Shown piece by piece: positions 10,252 through 20,514 of a stretch of DNA of 64,000 bases. Positions within the stretch are counted from its first letter, which is position 1, and every line of letters starts with the position of its first letter. The translations under genes and the position numbers were made by a program. The notes below the pieces were generated by a model that was not told the DNA's origin, ran no database searches, and saw only the letters and a program-made list of their open reading frames with translations. Source of the DNA: a virus; the IMG/VR virus record IMGVR_UViG_3300028844_004205, positions 2,366 to 66,365 of that record, one strand, 5' to 3'.

Positions 10252-12525
10252 TTATATTATAACATGCGCGTCATAGAGATAGAGATACTTAAAAACATCA
10301 CTTGGATCCGCAACACCGTTGTTAATTATAACTGTATAGTTAACTATTATCTGAGCTGTTATTATAACATATATATCTTTTCGGGTTTGTAATATTTCCT
10401 CAGAAGGGTTTGGTATGAAAGTAGCTTCTAAGGCTTCTATTAATTCTTCAAAATCATACCCGCTTCCATCTTTAGAGACTAGGTGCAGGACTTTTATTTC
10501 AGCAGTTGGGCTAGTTGGGATAACCATAACAATTTTATCCCAATAATAACCCTCAGCGGCTAATAAAGATAAATAGTCTAAGTAGTTCCTAGTGTGATTT
10601 ACATATACTGTCCCATCGGTATGAAATGTATTATCATAATTCCCGCTAGAACCTAGCCCAGTCCATTTATTATAAGTCTCCTCACTAGTAAAAACAGTGG
10701 GAGGTGCGACTCCATGGGCGTAGCTAATTTGCCTATCTAAAGTAATGTCACTTAGATCCAGAGAATAAGTGGTTGTACTACTAGTTGTAAGAGTAGCTGA
10801 GAATTCGGTGTAATCAGCGGGGGGGCTTTCCTCGGTAGGGGGACTATAAAAAACAGCCCCCGCAAGTGATACTGAATCACCTCCGGGGTTTATGAGATTG
10901 TTAATAGTTTCTGATGTTAGACTAGTATCTGCATCATTTAGGTCAGGGTACTCATAAATAGATTCTAAGTTGTACTCGTTGTCAAAAAACGGTGGGGTAT
11001 TAGTATACTCATGTATTATACTACCGTCTCTATAATATGTTTCCTCAATGGGAGCGAAACCATCTTCCGACGGGGCTAAGGTAGTTAAGTATCTAATTTC
11101 AGGCTCTGAGATTACTATATCTAACTCTCTATCTATGTTAGTTACTGCAAAATAATAAGGGTCTACGGAATCTTTGAGCTGCGTAACTCTTGATTGTACC
11201 TCCCCTGTAGGAGCAGTATAGGTACGTATTCCTGCATTAGAAGCTAATATGTCTAAATCTACTGAATAGCCATTTGCTAAAATACTAACTCCTGTACCAC
11301 TATCATTATAATAAGTAGTTTTTTCTACCCACTCTGTTGTATAAGCTAATTTATATCCGTCGTCTGTAAGAACATAATTACTTTGCTCAGAAGAAACAGC
11401 TCTTAGCCCATACTCTGTAACTCTGGTTACTGTTCTTGAACCTTGTGGGGAGCTAAACGCGAGCAAACTTTCTTCTCTAATAAAACAATCTTGCACAGCC
11501 CCAACGGATGGTTTACCTACTCCTAGCTCTGTTTCGTCGAAAGTGTTAGAATATACTTCTACTTCTTCTAGTTCAAGAGTGGGCCAAGGGGAAGTATCGG
11601 TAACTCTAAAATATTTTCCTGCCCTCATATAGATTAACTCATCTTGTTCTGATAATTCAAAAGTTTGGCTCGTAGGGAATAATAAAGCGTTTCCTACCGG
11701 GACGTTCTCCTCCAATATATTAGAGCCTAAATCAGGGATGCCGTGCGTCCAAGCCGTACCGTACTCGGTACGTGCTGCTACCATAGCGTCAAAGTATATT
11801 TGTTCTATATTATAAGTAGTAGGATTAGGTATTACTGTTGGGTTAGCTTCATCTAATTCTGAGAACCAAAACCCTACTCCATAATCAAACTGGTACCCTA
11901 TCTGAGCGGCTCCGGCTGTATAAAGTATGATATAAAAGTCTTCTACTTCTACCTCATCAATAATCCTTGTTCGTTTTGCTATATATGTTTCAGGAGGTTT
12001 TAGTGTTGAAAGCACGGGTGTTACTAGAGCAAATACTGACGTAGGATCAAACGTAGGAAAGGTGCTTAAGTATTTTTTTAGGATTACATCTATCGAACGT
12101 CCTTGGCCTTTATCATAAAGGTACGTAAGGACCTTCAATAAGCGTTTCTTTCCTACTTTATTTGTATATTCTGTCTCGGATATGTAGTTATCAGTTAAAT
12201 CAACAACAGGACTAACTCGCTTATTTGTTAAGTAGACCTGATATTCAATTGCTGATGAAGGGTATTGAATCACGTTGGAAGAACCAACTACTGGCACCAT
12301 AAATGATGATGAGCCTTTAGTATATATATCCGCCCGAGCTATCCGGTTGAAGATCTGCATACGTATACGGACCCCTTTTTCTGGGTTAAGCCATTTGTTA
12401 TACACACTTATGTGGTGCTTATCCCTATGCTTACCAGCAACTATAAGATTCCTTTCGGTGAAGTTACGCCATTTATCAGCTAGAGTTTTATCCCCATGCG
12501 TGAATATTTTGTTGTAGCGTTTCAT
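10252..12525 (-). CDS. Large hypothetical protein, probably virion-associated
   Basis: 757-aa ORF with basic N-terminus and Tyr/Thr/Glu-rich body, coupled to the 2191-aa gene. Confidence 0.5.
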   Translation of the reverse strand: MKRYNKIFTHGDKTLADKWRNFTERNLIVAGKHRDKHHISVYNKWLNPEKGVRIRMQIFNRIARADIYTKGSSSFMVPVVGSSNVIQYPSSAIEYQVYLTNKRVSPVVDLTDNYISETEYTNKVGKKRLLKVLTYLYDKGQGRSIDVILKKYLSTFPTFDPTSVFALVTPVLSTLKPPETYIAKRTRIIDEVEVEDFYIILYTAGAAQIGYQFDYGVGFWFSELDEANPTVIPNPTTYNIEQIYFDAMVAARTEYGTAWTHGIPDLGSNILEENVPVGNALLFPTSQTFELSEQDELIYMRAGKYFRVTDTSPWPTLELEEVEVYSNTFDETELGVGKPSVGAVQDCFIREESLLAFSSPQGSRTVTRVTEYGLRAVSSEQSNYVLTDDGYKLAYTTEWVEKTTYYNDSGTGVSILANGYSVDLDILASNAGIRTYTAPTGEVQSRVTQLKDSVDPYYFAVTNIDRELDIVISEPEIRYLTTLAPSEDGFAPIEETYYRDGSIIHEYTNTPPFFDNEYNLESIYEYPDLNDADTSLTSETINNLINPGGDSVSLAGAVFYSPPTEESPPADYTEFSATLTTSSTTTYSLDLSDITLDRQISYAHGVAPPTVFTSEETYNKWTGLGSSGNYDNTFHTDGTVYVNHTRNYLDYLSLLAAEGYYWDKIVMVIPTSPTAEIKVLHLVSKDGSGYDFEELIEALEATFIPNPSEEILQTRKDIYVIITAQIIVNYTVIINNGVADPSDVFKYLYLYDAHVII

Positions 12526-15500
12526 TCTTCAGCCATAAAATCGGCGACAGCGGAGAACGGTTGAGTGCTATTACCGTAAGGTTCGTTCTTCTCCATTAAG
12601 TCTACCCATTCATTTCCTCCTTCTGTAAGCGCTTCTGCAAATTCAGTTACGCCATTTTGGTATGTTGGACCTAGGAAACTTTCTATCCCTGCTCCACCCA
12701 TTCTGATATCTTGACCGGCGTCCGCGAATATCTGACCAAGGCCTAATAAGCCTGATCGTTGAACGCTGTTCATTGCACGATCTCCTAAGGACCTAGCAGG
12801 GTTGCCAGATGGGTTACCAACAGCTTCTCTAAACAGATCTCTGAACAAGTCAGATATCATCATCATAGGCGCGAACAGTGCTAAGAACATAACTGGTCCG
12901 TAGTTATTGTGCCCTAATGCCTCTGAGAAAGCTCTACGTAATATGTTATCGTGGAACGCATACATGAAAGACTTCAAGTGGAACACTAGAATAAAATGAG
13001 GGTCACTAGCCCAAATAGGTCTTTGTGCCGCGTTAGGTCTTAGTATAGAAGTATCAACAAACCTACTGATAGCAGCTTTGACTCTTTCGTCTGCTGCTAA
13101 AATTTCTTCATACCCTTCTGGTTTTTTACGTGCCATATCTGATCTTTCAGAAGAGGTTAATAGTTTGACCCCACCTGTGGCGTCTGTAATTACATCTCCT
13201 TCTTGTAGATTTAGGTCTTCCATATACCGGACACTTAAAGGGTTATTCATTTTACCATGTCTTTTCAAGAACTGCATACCACCAGATACCGCCATAACGC
13301 GGGTAAGCTTAGTTAGTTGCGTAAGACCAATAGACTTAAAGAAGAACTCATTAGCTCGTTTAATACCCGGAGTTAACCAAGTGGCACCATACTCCCATTC
13401 CAAGGCTTCATTCAAAACGTGCCCTTCAATGACACCCAGTGATTCTGCTATCTTCAGCATTTCAGATCTGTATAGTTTCTTGTCACCACCAGCTAGTTGT
13501 TGCACGGCGTTGGTTATCTCTTTAGCACCTGCTTTAAGTGCAGTCATAGCAACGTCCATGCTGCCACCGCGCACTGCTATACCTATAGGATCTACAAGAC
13601 TCGTGAAAGTAGCTAAGCTAAGAACAGCGAAGTTCTGTGTAACTACTGCTGCACTGAATATTTTTTGTAGTGTAGGGTTGACTACTTCTCCCGGTGCTAC
13701 TTCTATATAAATAAGATTGCCTTCGTCGTCCCTTTTATTTCTTATTTTACTAAAGAATTTCATTAGGCGTTGGTTGTTACTATAACCTAATTTACCTATC
13801 ATAGCATCCACATAGTGATGAGCCATAGTAAGCTCTTCTTTAGTGGCACCGAATTCTTCAGCCGCTTCCAACAGGTCTTGAATAACGAGACCCTCGCTGC
13901 CAAACCTTTCAGTAAACTCTGAACGCTTTACTACTTGTCTAATATAAGAGTGCACTACATTGTCTATATCTTTAGAAAAGAATGATGTAAGCATCTCTTG
14001 GTCGGCTGCATTACCTATATCGGTTACGAAGCTCAATACGCGTTTGTTTATAGACCCCATGAATGGAGTGAACTCATTACGGTCTGGATTAATTTCTACG
14101 TCCGCGTAGCCATCCTTGTTGACGAGAGTATCTATAATAGACTCTACAAATTCTTCGGGTGTATCTACACCTATGTCTTCTAAGAATAGTTTCTCATCCT
14201 TTGGAAGATCTTTATTTGCTTTCGCCAATTTAACTTTAGCATTGGCTAAATTAATAGCTTCTATCTCAGCTTTAAACTTATCTTGAAGTAATAGATTCTT
14301 AAACTCATCACTGCGTTCTGCTAATTCTTTGCCATCATACACCCAAGGGAAATAGTCTTTTAAGAAGCCCACTTCTACACCTTTGTTTTTGCTGTACGCA
14401 GACATCTCTGTGAAAAGGTTTTTAGCTGCTCGCGCTCGTTGAGCTACTATATCGCCTTTAGGTAGAGCATTAAACTTATTAACATCTAGTAACACTTCAT
14501 GTAAATCAGCTTTTTCAAACTCATCTAACCCTGTTACAAGAGAAGCCCACTTATTAGTAAAGAACCCTATCTTCCTAGTACGCGCTGTGAAGTATGTCTC
14601 TGATACCCCTGCGCTATTAGACGAACGTATGTTAAACTTGTTAGCCAACTGAATAAAGAAAGGGTTATTTGTAGCTCTCATGCGTGCGTCAGCAGTACGA
14701 CCGAATGTATCCATAAGTGGATGCATCTTCTGAGAAGTAAAATCTACTATATTCTGTACTGCTCTTTTAGTGATAGTATCTCTTACCCTATTCTCCACTA
14801 CGTAGTTCTTACTTATCTGGCGACTAGCTATAGCTGCGAATATCTTCTCTGCTTGGTGATGGTCTTGTACATACCCAAAGACCTCTTCTAGTATTTCGCT
14901 AATATAATCAAACACAGTTCTAGTAGAAGGTCCTGTGTTTAAGAAAGACTTACCTGTGGTTATATCAGTGCCAGCTAAATGGAACTGGTAAGCATATGCC
15001 ATAGCTGCGTAAGGATCTACAGTAATCTCAAACTGTGCCTCTTTATCCTCAGCTAATAAATTATGTAGGCGTTTAAAAGTAAACCTGCTGCCTAGGAACC
15101 TAGCCATAGTTTTCTTATGCTCAGGTGACAACTCATTCATAAATACATCGCGTAGGGCTTCTTTAGCCTCTTCGCTGAATGGTTTTTCAGTTACTATTTT
15201 AGCAGCAGCAGCTAACTTCTGATCTAATTCTTCAGGCATACTGTTAGCCTTGTCTGTAAGATCGGCATTAAGAGTAGCTTTCTTGTTTCTGCTAATAACG
15301 TCATCTATATAAGCAGCAACAGTTACATCTGGACTAAACCCTAATGTTGATTTAGCTACTTTCAAAGCTTCAGCTAAAATATCTTTTAACCCTTTAAAGA
15401 ACTTAGCTACTATATCAGTAGGTTCTTTAACAACAGGATTCTCTCTAGTCCATCGCGACATATGATCCGCGAACCATTCTTGGAAGTCGAGCAAATAAGC

Positions 15501-18500
15501 TAACTCGCTCTTTGATAAATTTTGTATGCGCTCTTGGGCAAGAGGGTCTGTCATCAGATTCACTGTTTGCTCTAGTGTCTTTTTACTAGCGAATGTGACT
15601 AGTACACTATCATTGTTTCTTAGTTGTGCTTCTCTCCATTGGAGATAGGACTCATGCATAGCTTCAAACAAAGTAGTATCTGTGCTGTCTACCATGGCCT
15701 TCATTTCTTTCGATAGGAGGGCGTGTCCCACTTCGTGACCTATTAAATCTTGGCGTAGAGTTTTGCTCTGTATTCTAGGATCTATATATATCTTTCCATT
15801 TTCTATGAACGCCCGCGTACCTTGGACAAACGCACTTATAGCTTTAGGGTGATTTATTACTTCATCTAAAGCGGCCACACTAAGGCCTTCTAATCCTAGT
15901 TTCTCACTAAGTTTATTTACCATGAATGTTTCAGAGCGGTTAACTCTTCTGGTTACTTCCGCTTCTTCTACTGAGAGTTCGAAAGACTCTCCCGAGTTTA
16001 AGCCTATAGCAGCAGACTGGAATGTGTCCCCATATTTAGCCTTATTTAAGGCCTCTATTACTTCACTTATCTCTGCAATAAGTTTGGCTCTAACCTGATA
16101 TTCTTTCTCGGTTACCGCGTATCGTACAGTTTCGGTTTTTATGGCGTGGGCTAGTTCTTTTTCTAGCTCTCCTAACTCCTCTGTTTTAAGTCTTATTTGC
16201 TCATTTCTAGCTCGTACCTTCTTAGCTCTCTCTTTTTCATTTAAGTTTCTTGTTTCTATATTAAGCGCTCGAAGCTTTGCTAACTCCGCTTTAGTAGCTT
16301 GTATCTTTTTAGATAAAGGCAGTTTAACTGATTTAGGGGAATCTATTAACGTATTATAAAGTCCTTCCAATCTCTTCTCTAGCTCCTTTATCATAGGAGA
16401 TTCCCTATTAGCAGGGCCAGTAGTACCACCTTGATCTGACAAAGGTTGCTTTTGTCTTACCTGCTTCATTAGATCTTTTGATTCTAAAGAACCAGCTGTA
16501 GTAAAATTTAACTGCGCAGCAGCATCTCCTTTATCTGAAGTATCTGAATCTTGGTTAGAGCCTAGCTCTTGGCTACCTTCAGCGTTGTTGATGAAGTCAT
16601 CTATTAAAAAGTCAATACTACCTTCAATGTCTGGATTTTCTTCTAGCTGAGAAACTTCATCAAATAAGTCTCTTATCCTAGGGTTAGTAGTTTCATCTAC
16701 TTTCACGAAATCGGACAGCGCATTTGTATAAGTAAATCTTTCTGATATTTCTCCCTTGCCTGCATATTTTGATTTAGCATCTCTAGTTCTTATAAGCGCG
16801 GCGATAGCTTTAGGTATAGCCTCATCCTGAGAGCGCACAAACGTTTCGGGGAGAGTCGCGATTATCTTCTGCATCTCCTCGAATGTCATGTTAGGGCGAC
16901 CATCTCTATGGAACACTATTTCTTTAGGTCCCATTATATTGTTAAAGTCTGTTTCTCGGAGCTTAAGACCGTTTTGGTTAAGGGAAACAATGCCCTCTAA
17001 GAAAGCTACCGCTATATCTACATCTGATGCGGTTTTTTTGTTAACTTGCAGCTTGTTAAGCATACGCCTAATAAGGCGTGAAGGTTTGATATTGTAAACT
17101 CTATTAGGATTTCTAGGTTTACCAACACCAATAACCCTAGCCTCCGCGGTGTTGATGACTCTTACTTGGAACTCATTTCCCCCTCTTTCTCGTTTACCAT
17201 TAGGGTTAACCGCTATAGCTTCTTCGAAGTTACCAAAGTCCCCTTCGTTGCCTAATATTTCTGCTTCACTCAAACTTACATCTGCTGGGTCTATACCTTC
17301 TAATGGGTTAGACACAACCTTTATAACATGAAGGTTTTCTAACACAGCCATAGATTGGGCAAACGTTGGTTCTTTCGTTCCTTGGAAAGGTTTAACTAAC
17401 CCTTGGATCTTAGTGTTATTAGGATTCTTAGCTATTAGGTCCTTTGCTTCTCGTTTAGCTATACCCTTTATCACCCTTCTAGATAACCCTCTATCCTTCA
17501 AAGCATCAGCCATAGTAGATGGTTCATACACAGCGTTTTTATTCTGGGATTCTAGTTTAGCTATTCTATCCTTAACTGTGGATAATTTAATAGCCCCTGT
17601 TTTTATCTGGTTACCTTTGCCATCAATTCTCTCTCGGTCATTCTTGAATATAAACCTTTCCCTTATATCAGCGGAGAATTTACTAGCCACAGAATCTTGT
17701 AAGCGTGCATTAGCGTCTTCTTGAGATATAGTTTCCCTATATTCCAAATTGTTAAAGGCTTCTTCCTCTTGTATTATTCGGTCTTCGTTTACTTCTTCCA
17801 GTAAATCTTGTACATTATCTATCTCTGTTTCTCTTATAAAAGACTCTCTTCTAGCATCTTTTAATCCTCTTTTGTCAGCTTCCTTTATTACCTTATCACG
17901 TTGACCGAATGTTTCTCTTAACTCATCTATTACTTCTTCAGTGGGCTCTACCTTACCCGCAGCTATATCCATTATAACGTTTATATTGGAAGATGTTAAT
18001 GTGGTGCCTCCTGCTTCATCGGATCTCTTACGTAAGAAAGCTGCTGTGGTATCGATGCCACCTAACCCTCTAGCGTGCTTAACACCTAAGTCGTGTACCA
18101 ATTCTCTTACATCAGGGTCGTCCAAATCCTGAGGATCTATATTCGCGGCTTCTGGTATATCCTGCATTAACTTTAGTTGTTCTGACGCGCGTGTTATAGC
18201 TAACTCATCTTCGCCCTCTATATCATCCATAGCATCAGCTAATGGGTCAGAGTTAAAGTTAAGTGCTGAATTCGCTATAGACGCTCCACCACCAATACCG
18301 CCGCCAAATATGGCGCCACCTGCGGCAGCAGTAAGTATCTCATCTATGCCTTCTTCTGTGAATATCTCTCTGTTCTCATTTACGAATTTAATTGTGGCTC
18401 TTTCAATAATTGTTTGAGCTGTCTCAGTTCCGGCTTCTAGTAACCCTTGTTCTGTAGCATCTTTGAGAGCTCTCTTTATGAAGTTACTACCAGCTTTACC

Positions 18501-19097
18501 GGCACCAAACTTACTTAATACATTTACTACAGGCAGGCCTTCTAAAACACCAGCCGTTGTACCACCAGCAATAGATATACCTGCTAGTTCTCTAAGAGAT
18601 CTACCTTTTTCGTCTGCTTCTACTGCCTCTGGAAATATAGAACCTGTCTCAACGCCTGCACCTGCGCCTACGATGCCAGCAGTGGCCGCTTGCTTAGCTG
18701 TAACAGCACCCGCGAGTCCGAGTCCAGTTCTGGCGGCAAGGGCGGTAGGGGCTCCTAGTGCTAGAGCCCCGAACAAGGGGGCGTTAGTACCTAAAGTATT
18801 AACTACGAAGTCTGTTAAGTCTTCAAAGGTTTCTACTTGGCTAACAGTGGTAACTCGGTTCTGGGACCTAGATAACACTTCTTGCGAATCGTGTATTAAC
18901 CCTAGTTTTTTTCGGGCGTAATCATCTTGCCCTAGCACAGCAGCGCCTGCAGCCGCGGCTCCGCGGGCTGCATTGGTAACATTCTTTGCGCCGGTGTTAA
19001 GAGCATTACTAAGCTGCCCAGAGGCACGTAATCTTAAAGGTGCTTGTGAACTAGTATTAGGTAACTCTGTAGGCGGTAACGGGTTAAACCGCGCCAT
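12522..19097 (-). CDS. Giant internal virion / DNA-ejection protein with zincin-like motif
   Basis: 2191 aa with Gly/Ala-rich N-terminal hydrophobic segments, coiled coils and GHEVGH...QEWFAD. Typical podovirus position. Confidence 0.7.
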   Translation of the reverse strand: MARFNPLPPTELPNTSSQAPLRLRASGQLSNALNTGAKNVTNAARGAAAAGAAVLGQDDYARKKLGLIHDSQEVLSRSQNRVTTVSQVETFEDLTDFVVNTLGTNAPLFGALALGAPTALAARTGLGLAGAVTAKQAATAGIVGAGAGVETGSIFPEAVEADEKGRSLRELAGISIAGGTTAGVLEGLPVVNVLSKFGAGKAGSNFIKRALKDATEQGLLEAGTETAQTIIERATIKFVNENREIFTEEGIDEILTAAAGGAIFGGGIGGGASIANSALNFNSDPLADAMDDIEGEDELAITRASEQLKLMQDIPEAANIDPQDLDDPDVRELVHDLGVKHARGLGGIDTTAAFLRKRSDEAGGTTLTSSNINVIMDIAAGKVEPTEEVIDELRETFGQRDKVIKEADKRGLKDARRESFIRETEIDNVQDLLEEVNEDRIIQEEEAFNNLEYRETISQEDANARLQDSVASKFSADIRERFIFKNDRERIDGKGNQIKTGAIKLSTVKDRIAKLESQNKNAVYEPSTMADALKDRGLSRRVIKGIAKREAKDLIAKNPNNTKIQGLVKPFQGTKEPTFAQSMAVLENLHVIKVVSNPLEGIDPADVSLSEAEILGNEGDFGNFEEAIAVNPNGKRERGGNEFQVRVINTAEARVIGVGKPRNPNRVYNIKPSRLIRRMLNKLQVNKKTASDVDIAVAFLEGIVSLNQNGLKLRETDFNNIMGPKEIVFHRDGRPNMTFEEMQKIIATLPETFVRSQDEAIPKAIAALIRTRDAKSKYAGKGEISERFTYTNALSDFVKVDETTNPRIRDLFDEVSQLEENPDIEGSIDFLIDDFINNAEGSQELGSNQDSDTSDKGDAAAQLNFTTAGSLESKDLMKQVRQKQPLSDQGGTTGPANRESPMIKELEKRLEGLYNTLIDSPKSVKLPLSKKIQATKAELAKLRALNIETRNLNEKERAKKVRARNEQIRLKTEELGELEKELAHAIKTETVRYAVTEKEYQVRAKLIAEISEVIEALNKAKYGDTFQSAAIGLNSGESFELSVEEAEVTRRVNRSETFMVNKLSEKLGLEGLSVAALDEVINHPKAISAFVQGTRAFIENGKIYIDPRIQSKTLRQDLIGHEVGHALLSKEMKAMVDSTDTTLFEAMHESYLQWREAQLRNNDSVLVTFASKKTLEQTVNLMTDPLAQERIQNLSKSELAYLLDFQEWFADHMSRWTRENPVVKEPTDIVAKFFKGLKDILAEALKVAKSTLGFSPDVTVAAYIDDVISRNKKATLNADLTDKANSMPEELDQKLAAAAKIVTEKPFSEEAKEALRDVFMNELSPEHKKTMARFLGSRFTFKRLHNLLAEDKEAQFEITVDPYAAMAYAYQFHLAGTDITTGKSFLNTGPSTRTVFDYISEILEEVFGYVQDHHQAEKIFAAIASRQISKNYVVENRVRDTITKRAVQNIVDFTSQKMHPLMDTFGRTADARMRATNNPFFIQLANKFNIRSSNSAGVSETYFTARTRKIGFFTNKWASLVTGLDEFEKADLHEVLLDVNKFNALPKGDIVAQRARAAKNLFTEMSAYSKNKGVEVGFLKDYFPWVYDGKELAERSDEFKNLLLQDKFKAEIEAINLANAKVKLAKANKDLPKDEKLFLEDIGVDTPEEFVESIIDTLVNKDGYADVEINPDRNEFTPFMGSINKRVLSFVTDIGNAADQEMLTSFFSKDIDNVVHSYIRQVVKRSEFTERFGSEGLVIQDLLEAAEEFGATKEELTMAHHYVDAMIGKLGYSNNQRLMKFFSKIRNKRDDEGNLIYIEVAPGEVVNPTLQKIFSAAVVTQNFAVLSLATFTSLVDPIGIAVRGGSMDVAMTALKAGAKEITNAVQQLAGGDKKLYRSEMLKIAESLGVIEGHVLNEALEWEYGATWLTPGIKRANEFFFKSIGLTQLTKLTRVMAVSGGMQFLKRHGKMNNPLSVRYMEDLNLQEGDVITDATGGVKLLTSSERSDMARKKPEGYEEILAADERVKAAISRFVDTSILRPNAAQRPIWASDPHFILVFHLKSFMYAFHDNILRRAFSEALGHNNYGPVMFLALFAPMMMISDLFRDLFREAVGNPSGNPARSLGDRAMNSVQRSGLLGLGQIFADAGQDIRMGGAGIESFLGPTYQNGVTEFAEALTEGGNEWVDLMEKNEPYGNSTQPFSAVADFMAEE

Positions 19098-19101
19098 ATT
19101 A

Positions 19102-20514
19102 TTATTCTGCTCCTGCTTGTTTTAATCTATCTAGTTCTAATATTAAAAATTGAGCTTCTCTCTCGGGTAGATTTTCAATAGATACAGCCGCTTCATCATC
19201 TACATGAATAACTTTATCTTTTATAGATACTCTAGCTAACGATTCAGAAGGGGTTCCGGGGAACGCGAGATCTTGGCCAAAGAAAGTACCTTCTCCAAAA
19301 ATTTCATTCATCGTACTACCTTCCGCTTCAGCTATTGCCCTAAGTGTTTTTTGTGCTACAGCTTGATATACTTGGCTCCCCGGTCCTTCCTCAGAGGCTC
19401 GTTGGAACGCTATGTCTGCTTGTGCGGGATTCTTGTCTAAGAAATCTACTTCCACCTGTAGCTGTTTTTGTCTTTCGCCCGCCTGTTCGACACCTGCTTG
19501 CCGTTCTTCAAGATCTTGCTTACGCCTAGCTAAACCAAACTCACCTTCTGCTTTTCTATTATCAAATTCTTGTTGTCTAGCTTCGGCTCCTGCGGCTAGT
19601 CTACTTCGAGATCCTTCCTCCGCCGCGACTGCGTTATTTATATTAAGAATCCCCGCAACAGCTCCACCTTGTAAGGCTCTACTACGTCCTCCGCGTAATT
19701 GCTCCCCGCCTTCTACTTTTGGAGCAGGTCCTTGTGGGCCTTCACTAGGAGCGTTGAATAAAGTGTCTCTTATAGTAGGTAACTGCGGACCTTGTGGCCC
19801 AAACCTCGAAGGTTCATTTGGTATACTTGAACGTAAGAACCCTGTGCCCTTTGGTAAATTATAAGGGTTAGGAGAAGTGCCTCCTTGTTCTAGTACTTCA
19901 TCTATACTCCGCCCACCTAATGCTTGTCTCTGCTGACCTTGAGTAGGATCTGTTGTAGTTATAGGTCTAGCTGTTTTGTTAAGAGGCGTTTCATTTTCAA
20001 ATTCAGAGCCACCAAATTCTGGAAGAAGGCCAGCTATCCTATCCCCTTGGCCAAGAAGAGCTGCGTTACCTATATTCCTTAAAGTTCCTAACCCAAAATC
20101 ACCGGCATCATTACCTGTTAACTTATTATCATCTATAGTCCCTCCGGGATCCAACGCTGACTGGACTGTCCCAATTGCAGTTGCTACTGGTAAAGAACCT
20201 TTAACAAGTTTACCAAATCTTCCAAATCTTCCTTTTCCTTTACTCAGGTCGGTGTTTGTAACAGCGGGAGGAGGTTTTTGCCCGGGTTTCGTTTTTGAAT
20301 TATCAAAAGCAAATGGATCTCCTTTTCCACCTACTTTTTTTCCTTTCAAATACTCCTTACGTTCCCCCCTGTTACGTAGTTTCGTCCGTACTTTTGCGGC
20401 TCCTTTTTTTGCACCACCTGTAACAGCGCTGACCGCTTGGCCAAATCTTTTACGTGCACCGTCGAAAAAACCTGTTTTTTCATCTGGTATCTTAGTCGTC
20501 ATATTAGTCGTCAT
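19102..20514 (-). CDS. Putative internal virion (ejection) protein
   Basis: 470 aa, Gly/Lys-rich and low complexity, next to the giant ejection protein. Confidence 0.55.
   Translation of the reverse strand: MTTNMTTKIPDEKTGFFDGARKRFGQAVSAVTGGAKKGAAKVRTKLRNRGERKEYLKGKKVGGKGDPFAFDNSKTKPGQKPPPAVTNTDLSKGKGRFGRFGKLVKGSLPVATAIGTVQSALDPGGTIDDNKLTGNDAGDFGLGTLRNIGNAALLGQGDRIAGLLPEFGGSEFENETPLNKTARPITTTDPTQGQQRQALGGRSIDEVLEQGGTSPNPYNLPKGTGFLRSSIPNEPSRFGPQGPQLPTIRDTLFNAPSEGPQGPAPKVEGGEQLRGGRSRALQGGAVAGILNINNAVAAEEGSRSRLAAGAEARQQEFDNRKAEGEFGLARRKQDLEERQAGVEQAGERQKQLQVEVDFLDKNPAQADIAFQRASEEGPGSQVYQAVAQKTLRAIAEAEGSTMNEIFGEGTFFGQDLAFPGTPSESLARVSIKDKVIHVDDEAAVSIENLPEREAQFLILELDRLKQAGAE

Noticed and set aside
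12522-19097. N4-like virion RNA polymerase
   Set aside because: The capsid is N4-gp56-like, but I see no RNA polymerase motifs in this protein and no other RNAP gene.
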